The position numbers were made by a program, and so were the translations under genes. Source: Balamuthia mandrillaris (Eukaryota). From it: DNA of 64,000 nt. This document shows positions 51,884 to 64,000 of this stretch, one piece after another. The notes beneath the pieces are model-generated. The model was given only the letters and a program-made list of their open reading frames with translations. It made no database searches and had not been told where the DNA came from. The stretch covers positions 1-64,000 of the forward strand of contig JAVKOQ020000093.1 in NCBI GenBank assembly GCA_031835245.2. The letters are read 5' to 3'. How positions within the stretch are numbered: the first letter of the stretch is position 1; each line of letters starts with the position of its first letter.

Positions 51884-53061
51884 ATGGAAGATGACATGGA
51901 GTGGGAGGAAGTCTCACCGCCACCACCCACGCGACGACGAGAGGAGGGGGCACATGCTCCGGAGGAAGACAGGGAGGGAGTGGATGCGGATGCCGAAGAA
52001 GAAGCACAGCAGCAGGAGGAGGACGGGTTGAGCTGTTTCTTGCAAGAGTTGAGCGGGTTGGAAGCTCTGGAAAGACAAACAGAGGCGGAGCTGCAACGGG
52101 CGAGAAAGCAAGCACTGTTGGCGGCACGTCTTCTGGCCAAAGGTACCCACACTCTTCTTGCATTCCCAAACATCCAACCAACGCTTGTGAATTTATGTTC
52201 TTTCAGAGGAAGAAGAGCTGGATGAGTTGGCAAAGAAAAAGGCGGCGTACGAGCTGAAGACCGCGTCGATGAAGCAAGAGTTGAGGGCTGCCATGGATCG
52301 CTCTCTCGTGTTGGCGCAGGAAACGCAAGCCCTCAAGAGAAGACGCTGTGCACTCACCAAGACACTCAAGGATAGAGAGAAGCTCTTTGAGGAAGAACGG
52401 TATGTTATGCTCCTATCTTCCTGCTACACGTTCCATGCTAACGACTATGCACTTTTTGTCGATAACTAGGGCGCTGTTCAAAGAGCAGAGGGAAAGGTTG
52501 TTACAAACGCACCACCACGTGAGGCAACAACTGGACAACAGGAAAACTGCCCTGGCCATTCGTCATCAAAAGGAGGAGCAGCAACAACTCTTGAAAGAAC
52601 GTGAGATGCGTCTATTGTTTGCTTGTTGGATTCTCCTTTTTTCTCACTGTTCCTTCGCTCCCTCCAAAGTGCAAAACCTGGAGATAAGAGAGAAACAGCT
52701 GCAACACTACTGGGACAAAGTGGCCACCAACAAACCGACCTTGCACCGATTACTCTCCCAAGAAGAACACAAGCAGCACCTCCTTCAGCACCAACTCCAG
52801 GAGAAGCAACGAGAACTCGAGCAACGCAGGACGTCCCTTTCTCAAGCAGAACAGCTTTGGCAGGAGAGTCTCTTGCCACCAAAGCAGCGGGTGTCGGCTC
52901 TTCTTCGTGAAGCGAACGCTCTGGCGGTGAAGATGGAGGACATGGAGAGAGCACTGGCAAAGCGACGGCAAGAAACGGAAGCGATGGAGGTGCGCCTGCG
53001 GGAGCGGACCACCGCTTTGTTAACCACCAAGTCCATGCTTCCTGTTTATCCTCCCAAATGA
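51884..53061 (+). CDS. Coiled-coil protein of unknown function
   Basis: Successive E/Q/K/R-rich heptad exons with GT-AG introns; 3' end approximate. Confidence 0.6.
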
Positions 53062-53180
53062 TCTTAATGAATGAGGAGGTAGGCCAATCAGAAATCAAAG
53101 AATATGAGTTTGTTCGTGTCGTCCTGAGTAATCTCTGATCTTTATCAGAAGAAAGAAAGGCCAAACAGCGTAGCAGCGAG

Positions 53181-55932
53181 ATGGAAGCAACGGAAGGAGG
53201 AGGAGGAGCCAGTGCAGGAGGGGCCGAACCGCAGGAGCTTCGCACGTTGAACGTGAACGTTGGCATTCTTGGCCACATTGACAGTGGCAAAACAAGTTTA
53301 GGTAACTTTTCACGAGGTTCATTTTTTCCGTTTCCACGATTTCTTTGATGTTTGGTTGATGATTTCATACTGTAATAAAAAACTGTAGCAAAGGGCTTAT
53401 CCACGATGAGTTCTACTGCTGCGTTTGATAAGAGTCCGCAAAGCAAAGACAGAGGGATCACCCTGGACCTTGGTTTCTCTGCCTTCACCACGCCCTTGCC
53501 CTCTCATCTGGCTGGTTGATATTTCTGCTCTCTTCCGCACTCTTTTGTTTGTTCTCCCCTTCTTATTTCGCTCTTTTGTGCTTGCTTGTTCCTTTGCTGC
53601 TCTTATGTCTCTGTTCTTCTCTTCGCTTGTTCTCTTTTCTTCTCGTTGGTTCTCCTCCTCTCTCTTCCTTTCTCTTCTCCCCTCTCTCTTTCCCACATTA
53701 AAACCTTTTTTCTCGCACCACACAAAAAAAATGGAGATAGACCTTCCTTATGACCAGCTGCAGTACACATTGGTAGACTGTCCTGGCCATGCGTCGCTCA
53801 TACGTACCATCATCGGCGGCGCTCAGATCATCGACATGATGATGTTGGTCATCGACGTTACCAAAGGCATTCAGACGCAAACGGCTGAGGTCACCTCTTA
53901 CTTTCTCCTTTCGTTTTCTATGTTCTCTTGTCCACATGTAACTCATCTTGGCTATCTATTTTCTTGTCTATCTTTTTCTTCTCTTTCTCATTCTCTATTT
54001 TTTGTAGGGTCTTGTGGTGGGAGAGATAACCACGGATAAACTGCTAGTTGTGCTTAATAAAACGGACCTACTTCCAGAAGCCGAACGTGAGACTCATATC
54101 AAAAAAGTTTGTCTTTCTTCTTCACGAGTTATTTGTGTCTTACTTTGTCTGCATTCTTCTTTTTCTTCGTTCTCTTTTCTCATATCCTATCACTGAAACA
54201 AAAGATGAAAGAAAGAATTTCCAAAGTGCTGCAAAGAACGAGGTTTGCTGGAGCTGATATGGTGGCTGTTGCCGCTGCCCCTTCCGCCAAGACAGAGGAA
54301 GCATCTGCCAGAGACTTGTCTGTCCTCATTGCCAAGCTTCAAGAGATCACTCCACAGCCCCAAAGAAAATCCTCTGGCCCTTTTGTGTTTTCTGTGGATC
54401 ACTGCTTTCCTATTCGTGGGCAAGGCACTGTAATGACTGGTACCGTCCTTTCAGGCCAAGTTCAACTAAACGATGTACATTCTCTCTCTTCTCTCTCTCT
54501 CTCTCTCTCTCTCTCGTTGTGTAAAACTAAATTGCTCTGGTTTTTTTTTTTTTTTTTTTTTTTTTGTGAAGGTAGTGGAAATAGCAGCACTCAAAGTACA
54601 AAAGAAAGTCAAGTCAATGCAAATGTTTAAACGTCCTGTAACATCCGCTAAACAGGTAGCTGTATACTCTGAAAAACGTTTTGCTTTCACTTACCTTTCT
54701 TTTTCCACTCACAAACCTCTCTTGGCACAAAAAAGGGAGACAGAGTTGGAATTTGTGTAACCCAGTTCGATGCCAAACTGCTAGAGAGAGGACTCGTGGC
54801 AAGTCCTGGTCATCTTTTGACTGTATCCGCCGCAGTTGTTAGTGCTGTTAAGATTAAATATTATCGTGCTCCCGTTCAACAAAACACCAAATTTCATGGT
54901 TTGTTTTTATTTTTTCTTCTTCTTTTATCTTTTACCTTTTTCTTTTTTCTTGCTTTCTGCTTTCTTCCTATAGTTCTTTGTCCAACATTCTTTTTCTTCT
55001 TTACGTTTCGTTCCTTTAACGAGATTTCCTTCAGTCACTGTTGGTCATTCTACTGTGATGGCGACAGCTTTCTTTTTTGGTGTAGAAGCATCTGCCACTC
55101 CTTCCACCAGCTCAACTGAAGCATCTTCCTCCTCTTCTGCTGCTTCATTTGATCCATCTGGAGAGTATTTACATCAAGCCGAACTATTTCCTATGGACAA
55201 GGATCATCCTCCAAACACACAATTTGCTTTCTTGCGGTTTGAAAAACCGGTTATATGCCCCCCAAGTAGCCTTGTCATAGCATCTCGCCTTGATACTGAC
55301 ATTCGTACGCTTCTTCTCCTTCTTGTCCTCCTCTTCCTAAATTACAGCATTTCTTTTGTCTTTTGCATTTTCCATTTTCTTAATCTCTGTTACTTTCATA
55401 AAAACAGATGCAAATACTTGCCGGTTAGCCTTTCATGGACGTATGTTAGCTTTAGTGGAGGACTTACACTCTCTCAACATATATAAATACAAACAACGGG
55501 AGGGCACGGTGGACAGACTTGTAGACGATCACACCATAATAGGCAAGGGCTTCTTCAAGAAACAAACAGATATACAACCATTTTTAGGACTTAAAGTGGA
55601 ACGTTCGCCTGGTTTGTATTCGCTGTATTTATAATACCTTTTCTCTTCTTGTTGTTCATATTTTTTCATACTTATTCTTTTTTCCTTTGTTTCTCTTTCT
55701 TTCTCTCTCTCTCTCTCTCTCTCTCTCGCTCTCTCTCTCTCTTGCTCTCTCGTCCTTAGGAGGTAACATAGGTATATTGGAGTCGCCATTCGGCAAGACA
55801 GGCAAATTCAAGATCCATTTTCCGGAAGGAGGACAGAAAGAACCCAAAGGCAAACTTCTTCTTCGCTATAAAACTTATCCTCATCGCAAGTCAGCCCCGT
55901 CCACCCAACACCATCGAAGCATCGTTCAATAA
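53181..55932 (+). CDS. EEFSEC: Selenocysteine-specific elongation factor eEFSec/SelB
   Basis: NVNVGILGHIDSGKTSL, STAAFDKSPQSKDRGITLDLGFS, LVDCPGHASLIRTIIGGAQIID, VDHCFPIRGQGTVMTGT and ANTCRLAFHG. Multi-exon. Confidence 0.95.
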
Positions 55933-56005
55933 CGCCAAAAATATTCAATTTTATTTCAACGTAAGTATTTAAAAAAGAATCAGAGCGTTTCGCTTTCTTT
56001 TTTTT

Positions 56006-57310
56006 TTACTTCTGTTTCTTGTTCTTGTTCAGCGGAAACTTTCTCTTTCTATCCGCGTGCTTCTGTGCGGCAAATTCAAGCTTCAACTTTCTGTCCTCCA
56101 ACTCTTGCTCCTGCTGAGCAACAGCCTCTTCTTCCTCCTCCAACTTTTCCACTTCCTCCTCGATACGTTCTTCCTCCTCCTCCAACTCCTCCTCCTTATC
56201 CAGCAGCCGCTCTCGTTCTGTTTCTAGGATCTCTTCCGTCGTTTCGAGGTCCTCCTCTTCCTCCACGACCACCGCCATTGCCTCCTCCAACGCTTTCAAC
56301 TCCTCCTTAGAAAGCACTTTGACCTTCTTCTCCTTGTTCCTATCTTTGGGGTTAGTTGCCTGCTGCTGATTTTTCTTCTTTGCTTCGATTTCCTCCTCTT
56401 CATCTAACAACACGTCCAACTCTTCCTCCAGGTACTCTTCCTGTACTTCCAGCTCCAGCACCTCCTCCTGCACCTGCTTCTCCTCTTCTTCCAACCACTC
56501 CTCCTCCTCTTTAAGCCTCTCCGCCTTTTGCCTCAACAGCTCCTTCTGCTGCTCCAGCAGGGCCTGCTCCGCCATGATGATCTCCTGCTCCTGCTGCAAG
56601 TACTTCTCCTCCTCCTCTTCCTCCTTTTCCTCCACCTCCTCCAACTTTTCCTGTAGCTCCTCCTCTGCCTTGCGCAGGGCGTCGCTCTCCAACAACAAGT
56701 CTTCCTCCTGTTGTATCAGCTGCTTTTCCTGCTCCTCAATGGCCTTGATGCGCTGCGCCGAGATACCGGGTTGCTTCTTCTCCTCCTCCAGTCGCTTCTC
56801 CTCCTCCAACAAGCGAGCCGTCTCCTCCTCGATTTGGAACTCGAGCTCTTGTTCGATGCGAAGCGCCTCCTTTTCCAACCCGGCTTCCAGCTGGAGGATC
56901 TCTTTGTGAAGGGCTTCCAGCTCGTCCGCTCTCTGCAGGAGGCGCTGCTCAAACTCTCGGAGGTTCTTGTTGTGCTCCTCCAGTTCCTGCTCCTTCAGTC
57001 GGAGCTGCTCCTCCTTGTGTTGCACCGACTCCCTGTCTCGCTCGTCCTCCTGGCGGAGCTTGAGGAGCTGGCTCTCCACTTGTCCGGTGCGCTCCTCCAG
57101 GCGGGCCTCCATGCGCTTCACCTTGCGGAGGTGCATGTTCTTGTCGAGCTCCAGCATGCGCTTGTCCTCCTGCAGCCTCATGAGCTGCCAGCGCATCGAG
57201 TCCTTCTTCTCCTGCAGCTTCCCGTTCTCCACGAAGAGGAACAGCGCGAAGGAGAACAGTATCAAGAACAGCCCAGCGAGGGTCAATCTGGCCAAAGTGC
57301 CCACTTTCAT
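56006..57310 (-). CDS. Type II membrane protein with a long acidic coiled coil
   Basis: N-terminal hydrophobic segment LAGLFLILFSFALFLFV followed by ~400 aa of E/Q/K-rich heptads. Intronless. Confidence 0.7.
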   Translation of the reverse strand: MKVGTLARLTLAGLFLILFSFALFLFVENGKLQEKKDSMRWQLMRLQEDKRMLELDKNMHLRKVKRMEARLEERTGQVESQLLKLRQEDERDRESVQHKEEQLRLKEQELEEHNKNLREFEQRLLQRADELEALHKEILQLEAGLEKEALRIEQELEFQIEEETARLLEEEKRLEEEKKQPGISAQRIKAIEEQEKQLIQQEEDLLLESDALRKAEEELQEKLEEVEEKEEEEEEKYLQQEQEIIMAEQALLEQQKELLRQKAERLKEEEEWLEEEEKQVQEEVLELEVQEEYLEEELDVLLDEEEEIEAKKKNQQQATNPKDRNKEKKVKVLSKEELKALEEAMAVVVEEEEDLETTEEILETERERLLDKEEELEEEEERIEEEVEKLEEEEEAVAQQEQELEDRKLKLEFAAQKHADRKRKFPLNKNKKQK

Positions 57311-57419
57311 TTTTTTTTTGTTAAAAAAAAATTGTTCTTTCCTTTGCGCGTCTTTGAGAAAACAATGTTGCACGAGAACAGTCGCGTTGAGGTCTTCTCG
57401 AGTGTATACGATGTGTTTG

Positions 57420-57463
<44 letters not shown>

Positions 57464-57910
57464 CTCTCCTGTGATGGGCACTTTTTCCCCCTTTTGTTAT
57501 CCTTTTTTTTTGTTGTTGGATGAAAGGGCGGGGCTTTTTGTGGACATATGATGACGTCATCAAACAATGTCGACGAAAAGATCAAATCCGATCACACCTA
57601 TTCATAATTAATTTCGATTATTGTCGACATTCAGAAAGAAGAGAGAAAGCGTAGCGAAGAGAGAGAAGCGCACGCCTCTTGGTTTGCTGGAAGAGTGAAA
57701 GGCCCTCCCGCTCTGTTTTTTTTTTTTTTCTTGGCTAAACTCACTTTACGAAACGTAGAGCTCTTCAAACTGTTCTAGTTGAACCATTTTTGAGGAAAAA
57801 GAAAAAAAAGGTAGGGAGGCGTTCACTACTCTAAACACTTTCAATAACTCACTCTCGCTCTCGCTCTTTCTTCCCTTTGCACAGCACCCTCTCCGTCTTT
57901 CTGCCCAAAG

Positions 57911-60118
57911 ATGAGCTCAGTGACCTCTCTCTCCGCCGGCGTTGGGGACGTTGACTTGCCCACCGCGCCTCAGAAACTCCCATCATCACAAAACAAAGCG
58001 CAACGCTTCCTTCGCTTCCTGGGCCGCGGCATCCGCCAGGATCTAGCCAGGCGTTTGCCCTACTACCTCGACGACTGGCGAGAGGGCTTCCACCTCCGCG
58101 TTCCCGCCGCTGTGCTCTTCATGTTCTTCACCTCGCTTGCCCCAGCCGTGACCTTTGGGGTCTACCTCCAGGACAACACCGACCAGCACCTGGGCGTGGT
58201 GGAGGTGCTCCTCTCTACCGCCATCTGCGGCATCCTCTTCTCGCTCGCCGGAGGGCAGCCCTTGATAGTCGTTGGCGTCACCGGACCCGTCAGCATCTTT
58301 GCCGTTACCGTCTACCAGATAGCGGAGGCGGTGGATGTGAAGTTTCTGCCCTTCTTCGCCTGGTCGGGCATCTGGGCCTCCCTGCAGCACTTGCTCCTGG
58401 CCATAACCAATGCTGCCGGCCTGGTGCGCTTTGTCACGCGGTTCAGCGCGGAGGTCTTTGGCGTGCTGATAGCCTGCATCTACATCGCCAACGCCATCGA
58501 GGACTTTTGGAGGTACTTTGACGAGGAGGCCCTGCCTGCCGCCTTGCTCTCCTTCATCCTGGCCATGGGCACGTTCTTTGTGGCTTCTGCCCTGGACAAA
58601 GCCAGACGTTGGAACATCCTGGTCTCTCCGCTGAGAGCTTTTCTGGCGGACTATGCCACTGCCATTGCCATCCTTATCTTCACTGGTTTTTCCTACATTG
58701 GCAGATTGGAGGATGCGAAACCCCCTCGTCTCGACATCCCTGACGAGTTCTCTACAACTGTCGAAGCCGCTGTGGACGATGCTATGGATGCTCTTGCCTC
58801 GAACGGCACCTCTTCGGTGGACTTGGAGCTCTTGGAAGATGCCAGAGGGAGCACGGAGTGGTTGATCCCCTTTTGGGAGCTGGAAGGCTGGGCGATAGTG
58901 TTGGCCCTCGCTCCTGGCACCCTCCTCACCGTTCTCTTCTTCTTTGATCACAACGTGTCTTCCTTGCTCTCCCAACGAGCAGAGTTTAACCTGAAGAAAG
59001 GACCAGCGTTCCACTGGGACTTTTTCGTGATAGGACTTTCCATCTTTGTCTGCAGCCTGTTGGGAGTGCCACCTACCAACGGTCTCATCCCACAAGCCCC
59101 TCTTCATGTTCGAAGCTTGGCAACCATCGAGGAGCGAACCGAGGAAGTCAAGCAAACCATCAAAGTAGTGGTCAAGAAGAACAAAGATCAAAAGAAGAAA
59201 AAGAAGAAGATGATGGGAAAGTTGCGGCGTCGCAAACAACGAAAAGGTCCTGCTGCCGAACAACAAGAACCCACCAACGAACAAGAACTAGGAGTCATTT
59301 CCTCCGATAGAATTACCTCTAACGTTACCTTTAACGACGAAGATCCTACTCTTGCTTCGACCTTGCCACGTGCTCTTCCAGAAGAAACAGAGGAAGAGAT
59401 CGTGGTGCTATGCAAACGAGAAGTATGGACCCACGTCTACGAGAACCGCCTCTCTAACTTTGGGCAATCCCTTCTCATTGGCCTCATGCTCTCTCCTGGC
59501 CTCATCAAGGTGCTTGCATGGATCCCTCGCGGCATCCTCTCTGGGCTCTTCCTCTACATGGGCTTTGCTTCCTTCTACGGCAACCAATTCGCGGAGAGGC
59601 TCATGCTCCTCATCACCGATCCTCGCCGAAGGCCTGGTTACCCTTATCTCTTTGGCGTGCCCTTTGGCGTGACCGTCCTCTTCACTGGCATTCAGCTGCT
59701 GTTGTGGGCAATCATCTTTGCGGTAACGAGCAGCCGCACGCCCGCTGCTGTAGTCTTTCCGCTCTTCATCCTTCTGTTAGTGCCGTTGAGGGTGTTCTTG
59801 TTTCCAAGAATCTCGTTGATGAAGCATTACCTGGACAAGTTAGATGAGCCAATGGTGAAACCGGAACAAGAGGCGGCCTTGGCTGCTCCTGATGAGGAGG
59901 ATCAAGTTGAGGAGCTTAGAGAAGTTGGGGAGGAAATGCATACCTTCTCTGCGGAAGATGAAGATGAAGAAGATGACGACAAGGATAATGAAGAAGAGGA
60001 AGAAGAGGAACGCTCACAAACTGAAGAATCGGAGGAGGATGAAGAGGCTGGCACGGATGATGCATCTTCCACTTCCTCCAACTCAGAGACGACCGATGAA
60101 ACGAATGGTCAGAGGTAA
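57911..60118 (+). CDS. SLC4/BOR1-type bicarbonate/borate anion transporter
   Basis: GIRQDLARRLPYYLDDW, GGQPLIVVGVTGP, FVTRFSAEVFG, LFFFDHNVSS, NGLIPQAPLH and ENRLSNFGQS. Intronless. Confidence 0.93.
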   Translation: MSSVTSLSAGVGDVDLPTAPQKLPSSQNKAQRFLRFLGRGIRQDLARRLPYYLDDWREGFHLRVPAAVLFMFFTSLAPAVTFGVYLQDNTDQHLGVVEVLLSTAICGILFSLAGGQPLIVVGVTGPVSIFAVTVYQIAEAVDVKFLPFFAWSGIWASLQHLLLAITNAAGLVRFVTRFSAEVFGVLIACIYIANAIEDFWRYFDEEALPAALLSFILAMGTFFVASALDKARRWNILVSPLRAFLADYATAIAILIFTGFSYIGRLEDAKPPRLDIPDEFSTTVEAAVDDAMDALASNGTSSVDLELLEDARGSTEWLIPFWELEGWAIVLALAPGTLLTVLFFFDHNVSSLLSQRAEFNLKKGPAFHWDFFVIGLSIFVCSLLGVPPTNGLIPQAPLHVRSLATIEERTEEVKQTIKVVVKKNKDQKKKKKKMMGKLRRRKQRKGPAAEQQEPTNEQELGVISSDRITSNVTFNDEDPTLASTLPRALPEETEEEIVVLCKREVWTHVYENRLSNFGQSLLIGLMLSPGLIKVLAWIPRGILSGLFLYMGFASFYGNQFAERLMLLITDPRRRPGYPYLFGVPFGVTVLFTGIQLLLWAIIFAVTSSRTPAAVVFPLFILLLVPLRVFLFPRISLMKHYLDKLDEPMVKPEQEAALAAPDEEDQVEELREVGEEMHTFSAEDEDEEDDDKDNEEEEEEERSQTEESEEDEEAGTDDASSTSSNSETTDETNGQR

Positions 60119-60329
60119 ATCCACAAAATAGAAACGATGCCGCGGAATGGCACGTTTTCTTTCGGAGCGATCGTGCCGTTCCGCGTGTTCGCTCGGAGCA
60201 CACAACGCACAACCATGGCAACCAACGATCGAGGACCACCCAAACACAAGAAAGCAGTCTACACTCTTTCTTTCCTCCCCTTCCACAAAGTTTGGTTGCC
60301 ACTTCTTTGCTCCGGTGCGAATGTTCTCT

Positions 60330-60373
<44 letters not shown>

Positions 60374-60508
60374 TTGCGTTTTGTTTTTTTGGTACTTTAT
60401 TTGTTTCTTTTAAACGTTTATGTCTTCTCACCCACCCACAGTTTAATGGTTAGCAATAATACGCCTTCATTTTCATTTTATATCTCTTCTCTTTATTTCT
60501 TCTTCTTT

Positions 60509-61607
60509 TCAACAACAGCAAAAACAAGAACGATCCAGGTCTCGGTTTGGAAGCAACTTGAACTGGTCATGGAAGGCAAACACCATGGCCAGCTCCATCA
60601 CCGGCCTCGCCACCAGGAGGCCCACCCCAAAGCACAGCGCGCCCACCAAGCAGACCAAGAAGTAAATGATGAAGAAGAGGAGGTTCGTGCAAAAGTTCTT
60701 GTGCACAACGTGCCTGCTGATGGCAAGAGCATCGAAGACCCCCAAGGAACCTGTGGTCACACCGGTAGCTCTCATGTGGTGATACTCGATGTAAACATGG
60801 AATCCAAAAGCCATCGTAACCGCCAGGTAAACGCCTTCCATTTTGTTTGTTGAAACGAGGCTAAACTTTAGTTCTTGGTATATAGAGAGGAGAAAGAAAT
60901 GCCTACCAGGCGCAACACAGAGCAGCAAGCCAATGTAGACAGCGAAATACCAAAACAGGCCCAGGAACAATAACGGTAAGTAGAGGAAAACGCCTCTGAA
61001 CAGGTCCTTGAACTGAAATGTATAGTGACCGCCTGAAGCACCAGGGCAGACAGGATTGGCAGTGGAGCCCGCACGACTCCGGAGCAAATGGGAGCCAACG
61101 ATGAAGTGACCGTACTTCAAAGGGGATAGCAGCCAGTACAGAAAGTTGCTAAGCACGTAGGTAAAGCAAAAGAGAGTCTCCTCCATCCATCCCGCCATGT
61201 AGGGCAGAACGGTGATGCTCCAGAAGAGGAACTCGAAGGCAGAGTGCTGGAACCAGTTTGCTGTTTATTTGGCATTATTGTTTTAAAACAAAAAAAAGAC
61301 GTTTATCAAGAAAACAAACAAGAACGAGTCAGCGCAGAAGAGGATGGAGAAAAAAAGTATAGAAATAAGAGAGGATGAAAAGCGTTAAACCTTTGTACAT
61401 GCGCCACCCGTTTTGTATCCATAAGCCGAGGTTCAAGTTGTAGTTGATCTCATGGAACAGAGGATTGGAAACGCCGCTCTCGAAGTCACCTTCCTCTTCG
61501 TGGTCATGTTTCTTCACGGGATGGTAGCCCTGCAAACTCTCCCTACCACCCTCGCATTCGGATGAAGGAAAGACAGGAAGGAAGTCAGAGTCGTCGTTTT
61601 CAGCCAT
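60509..61607 (-). CDS. Multi-pass membrane protein (DUF975/GPDPase-membrane-like), paralog A
   Basis: Four exons; GLLLCVAPG|VYLAV...GVFDALAISRHVVHKNF...GALCFGVGLLVARPV; Cys-rich C-terminus. Confidence 0.7.
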
Positions 61608-62043
61608 GTTCGTCCTTGTTTGTACACCGCGGTTATTTAAATGCTAAATCTACAATTTATCCATTGGCCCGCTTCGTCGAAACGCTAGGATTCATTCGCA
61701 CCTGAACCGGTGGGACCGTGAAGCGACAACGAATTTCGTTGGTCCAATTAATTTATTTTGATTATAAAATTATCCTTTTCTCCTTGATCAATTATTTTGT
61801 CGACAATTTTGATTTTTGATTTTTGATTGGTGCTTTGAAAAAATTCCCAAAGATCAAAACTGTACCAAAAGGACAGGCCTCACTCTTCCCTGTTGGCCTC
61901 TGTTTGTTCTGGACATTTCCTCCCATAAAATAGGTTGGGATCGTGTCGCAAGAGGGAAGCAAAAAAAAATAAATTGGTGGAATCCTTTTTTTTTTTTTTT
62001 ACAGTGAAGAAAACGATAAAAGAAAAAGAGAGAAAGAAGCGCT

Positions 62044-62419
62044 TCACCAACAGTAGAAACAAGTACGATCCACGTCTCGGCGAGGCAACAGCTTGAACTG
62101 GTCGTGGAAGGCAAACACCATGGCCAGCTCCATCACCGGCCTCGCCACCAGGAGGCCCACGCCGAAGCACAGCGCGCCCGCCAGGCAGACCAGGAAGTAA
62201 ACGATGAAGAAGAGGAGGTTCGTGCAAAAGTTCCTGTGCACGACGCGCCTGCTGATGACGAGGGAGTCGATGACGCCAAAGGAGTTGGAGGCCACGCCGG
62301 TGTTGTTCATGTGGTGGTACTCGATGTAGACGTAGGGAGCAAAGGCAAGAGTGACCAACAAGTAAAGGCCTTGTTTGTAGGTTAGTTGGCAGCTTGCTTC
62401 AGGAGAAGAAAGAAACGGA

Positions 62420-62479
<60 letters not shown>

Positions 62480-62485
62480 AACGAC

Positions 62486-62517
<32 letters not shown>

Positions 62518-62994
62518 AACGACAAGAAAGAAACGACAAGAAAGAAACGACAAGAAAGAAACGACAAGAGAGAAACGACAACAAGAAAAAGAAGCAAAAC
62601 GCACCAGGCACAATGAACAACAACAGTCCAACGCCAACGGACACGCCGAGCAACAAGGACAGCAGCAGCAGCGGGAAGAACAGGTAGAACCCCCTGAACA
62701 TGTCCTTGAAGCGGTAGGTGTAGGTGTCCTCGTCAAAGCGCCCGGTGGAGGAGTAGTGGCGCAGCAGCTGAGAGCCCACGATGAAGTAGCCGTACTGCAG
62801 GGGCAGCACCAGGAGGTAGGCAAAGTCCAGGGGGAAGAGGAACCAGAGCTCCTCCCCGGCCATGTCGGGAATGTTGGAGAGCAGCATCAGCCCCCAAAGC
62901 AGCAGCTCAAAGAGCGTGTAGTACTGCCAATGCTCTATTCGTTTTTTTTTTTTTTGGTTTTGATGAGATTTTTTGGAATTTGATGAGTTTTTTG

Positions 62995-63059
<65 letters not shown>

Positions 63060-63476
63060 GCGTGTGCGTGTGCGTGTGCGTGTGCGTGTGCGTGTGCGTG
63101 TGCGTGTGCGTGTGCGTGTGTGCGTGTGCGGTGTGTGCGTGTGCGTGTGTGCGTGTGTTTAAAGGATGTGTTGGAAAGGTTGGGGGGACAGAAAGGAACC
63201 TTTGTACATGCGCCAGCCGTTCTTGATCCAGAGCAGGATGTCGAGGTCGTAGTTGACCTCCTCGAACATGGGCGCCGAGAGGTGGTCAGCGCCGCCGCTG
63301 CCCAACGCTCCTCCTCCTCCAAGCTCCTCATCGTCGAACGGCTCGTTGGGGGGCACCTTGCCGTGAACAAAGGCGGGCTCCCTCTCCTCCTCCTCCACTT
63401 GCTGCTTGCTGCTGGGCGGGGCGGAGGGGAAGGGCGGCAAGAAGGCCGATGCGCCGTACTCTTCGGTGTCCGACAT
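62044..63476 (-). CDS. Multi-pass membrane protein (DUF975/GPDPase-membrane-like), paralog B
   Basis: Exon layout similar to paralog A and near-identical last-exon peptide NFCTNLLFFI.YFLVCL.GALCFGVGLLVARPVMELAMVFAFHDQFKLLP. Confidence 0.7.
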
Positions 63477-63829
63477 TGGTTTTCAATAAAAAGAAAGGGG
63501 GACAGTGCTTTCGAGTGGGGTGTGGGGTGGGGTGTTGGGGGGTAGGGTGAGGTGGGGTGGCAGTAAGAGAAGATGAACCTCTCTCTTCTCTCTTCTCTCT
63601 CTCTGCTACTTTTTTCTTCCAAACAAATATAAATTTCTTTAACGAGTTTTCCGCTTCCTATCGCCGAAAGTTTTAAGGACAGAGATAATTGGCCTTTCTT
63701 GTAACAATTATCGATGAATGTTAAAAGTTTGGATAACTTTAAAAAAATATAATGGGCCGAATAATATTTTCGATTATTCGATAGTATTACAGCATCATTA
63801 CCGCCCAAGAGAAAGAAAGCAAAGAAGAG

Positions 63830-64000
63830 ATGAATGAAAAGGTTGTTTTGGTGACCGGTGGTACCTCTGGTTTGTCCTTCAGTGTGGTTGTTGTTGTTTT
63901 TTTTTGTTTCAGTTGTGGCTTTTTTGTTGGATACTGGTTCTCGCTGATCTTTTCCTCCTTTTCTTCCTGCAGGCATCGGAGAGGCTACCGTGGAGGAACT
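63830..64000 (+). CDS. Short-chain dehydrogenase/reductase, N-terminal part (runs off the window)
   Basis: Exon 63830-63869, intron 63870-63972, exon from 63973 give MNEKVVLVTGGTSG|IGEATVEE, the TGxxxGIG Rossmann motif. Confidence 0.85.
   Translation, partial: MNEKVVLVTGGTSGLSFSVVVVVFFCFSCGFFVGYWFSLIFSSFSSCRHRRGYRGGT

Overview
Gene-dense eukaryotic genomic DNA with short GT-AG introns full of microsatellites. Gene content and style suggest an amoebozoan, perhaps a Balamuthia/Acanthamoeba-type protist (inference only). Positions ~12.6-64 kb are mostly ordinary chromosome: eIF3a and eIF3L head-to-head, CDC48, SNRNP40, VPS37, a SMYD methyltransferase, ZNF598/Hel2, a PX-LURP1 protein, a T4 Rnl2-family RNA ligase plus a decayed tandem copy, a LIM protein, sphingosine-1-phosphate lyase, an alpha/beta hydrolase, a YwqG/DUF1963-like protein, a large secreted FG-GAP/CARDB protein, eEFSec, an SLC4/BOR transporter, two tandem membrane-protein paralogs and the start of an SDR. 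The first ~9 kb looks different. It holds an orphan multi-exon gene and then a spliced gene for an apparently intact Cre/DIRS-like tyrosine recombinase (R-K-H-x-x-R-W-Y) fused, via a 26-nt micro-exon, to a C-terminal Myb/SANT domain with a telobox-like DKWRNL motif. About 130 bp past its stop codon lie (CCCTAA)2 and a short palindrome. This is the best candidate for an undescribed system: a Crypton-like YR-Myb DNA element that may be targeted to telomere-like repeats. A zone of decayed or foreign-looking genes (9-12.5 kb) separates it from the housekeeping block. All domain calls come from reading motifs by eye; no database search was run.
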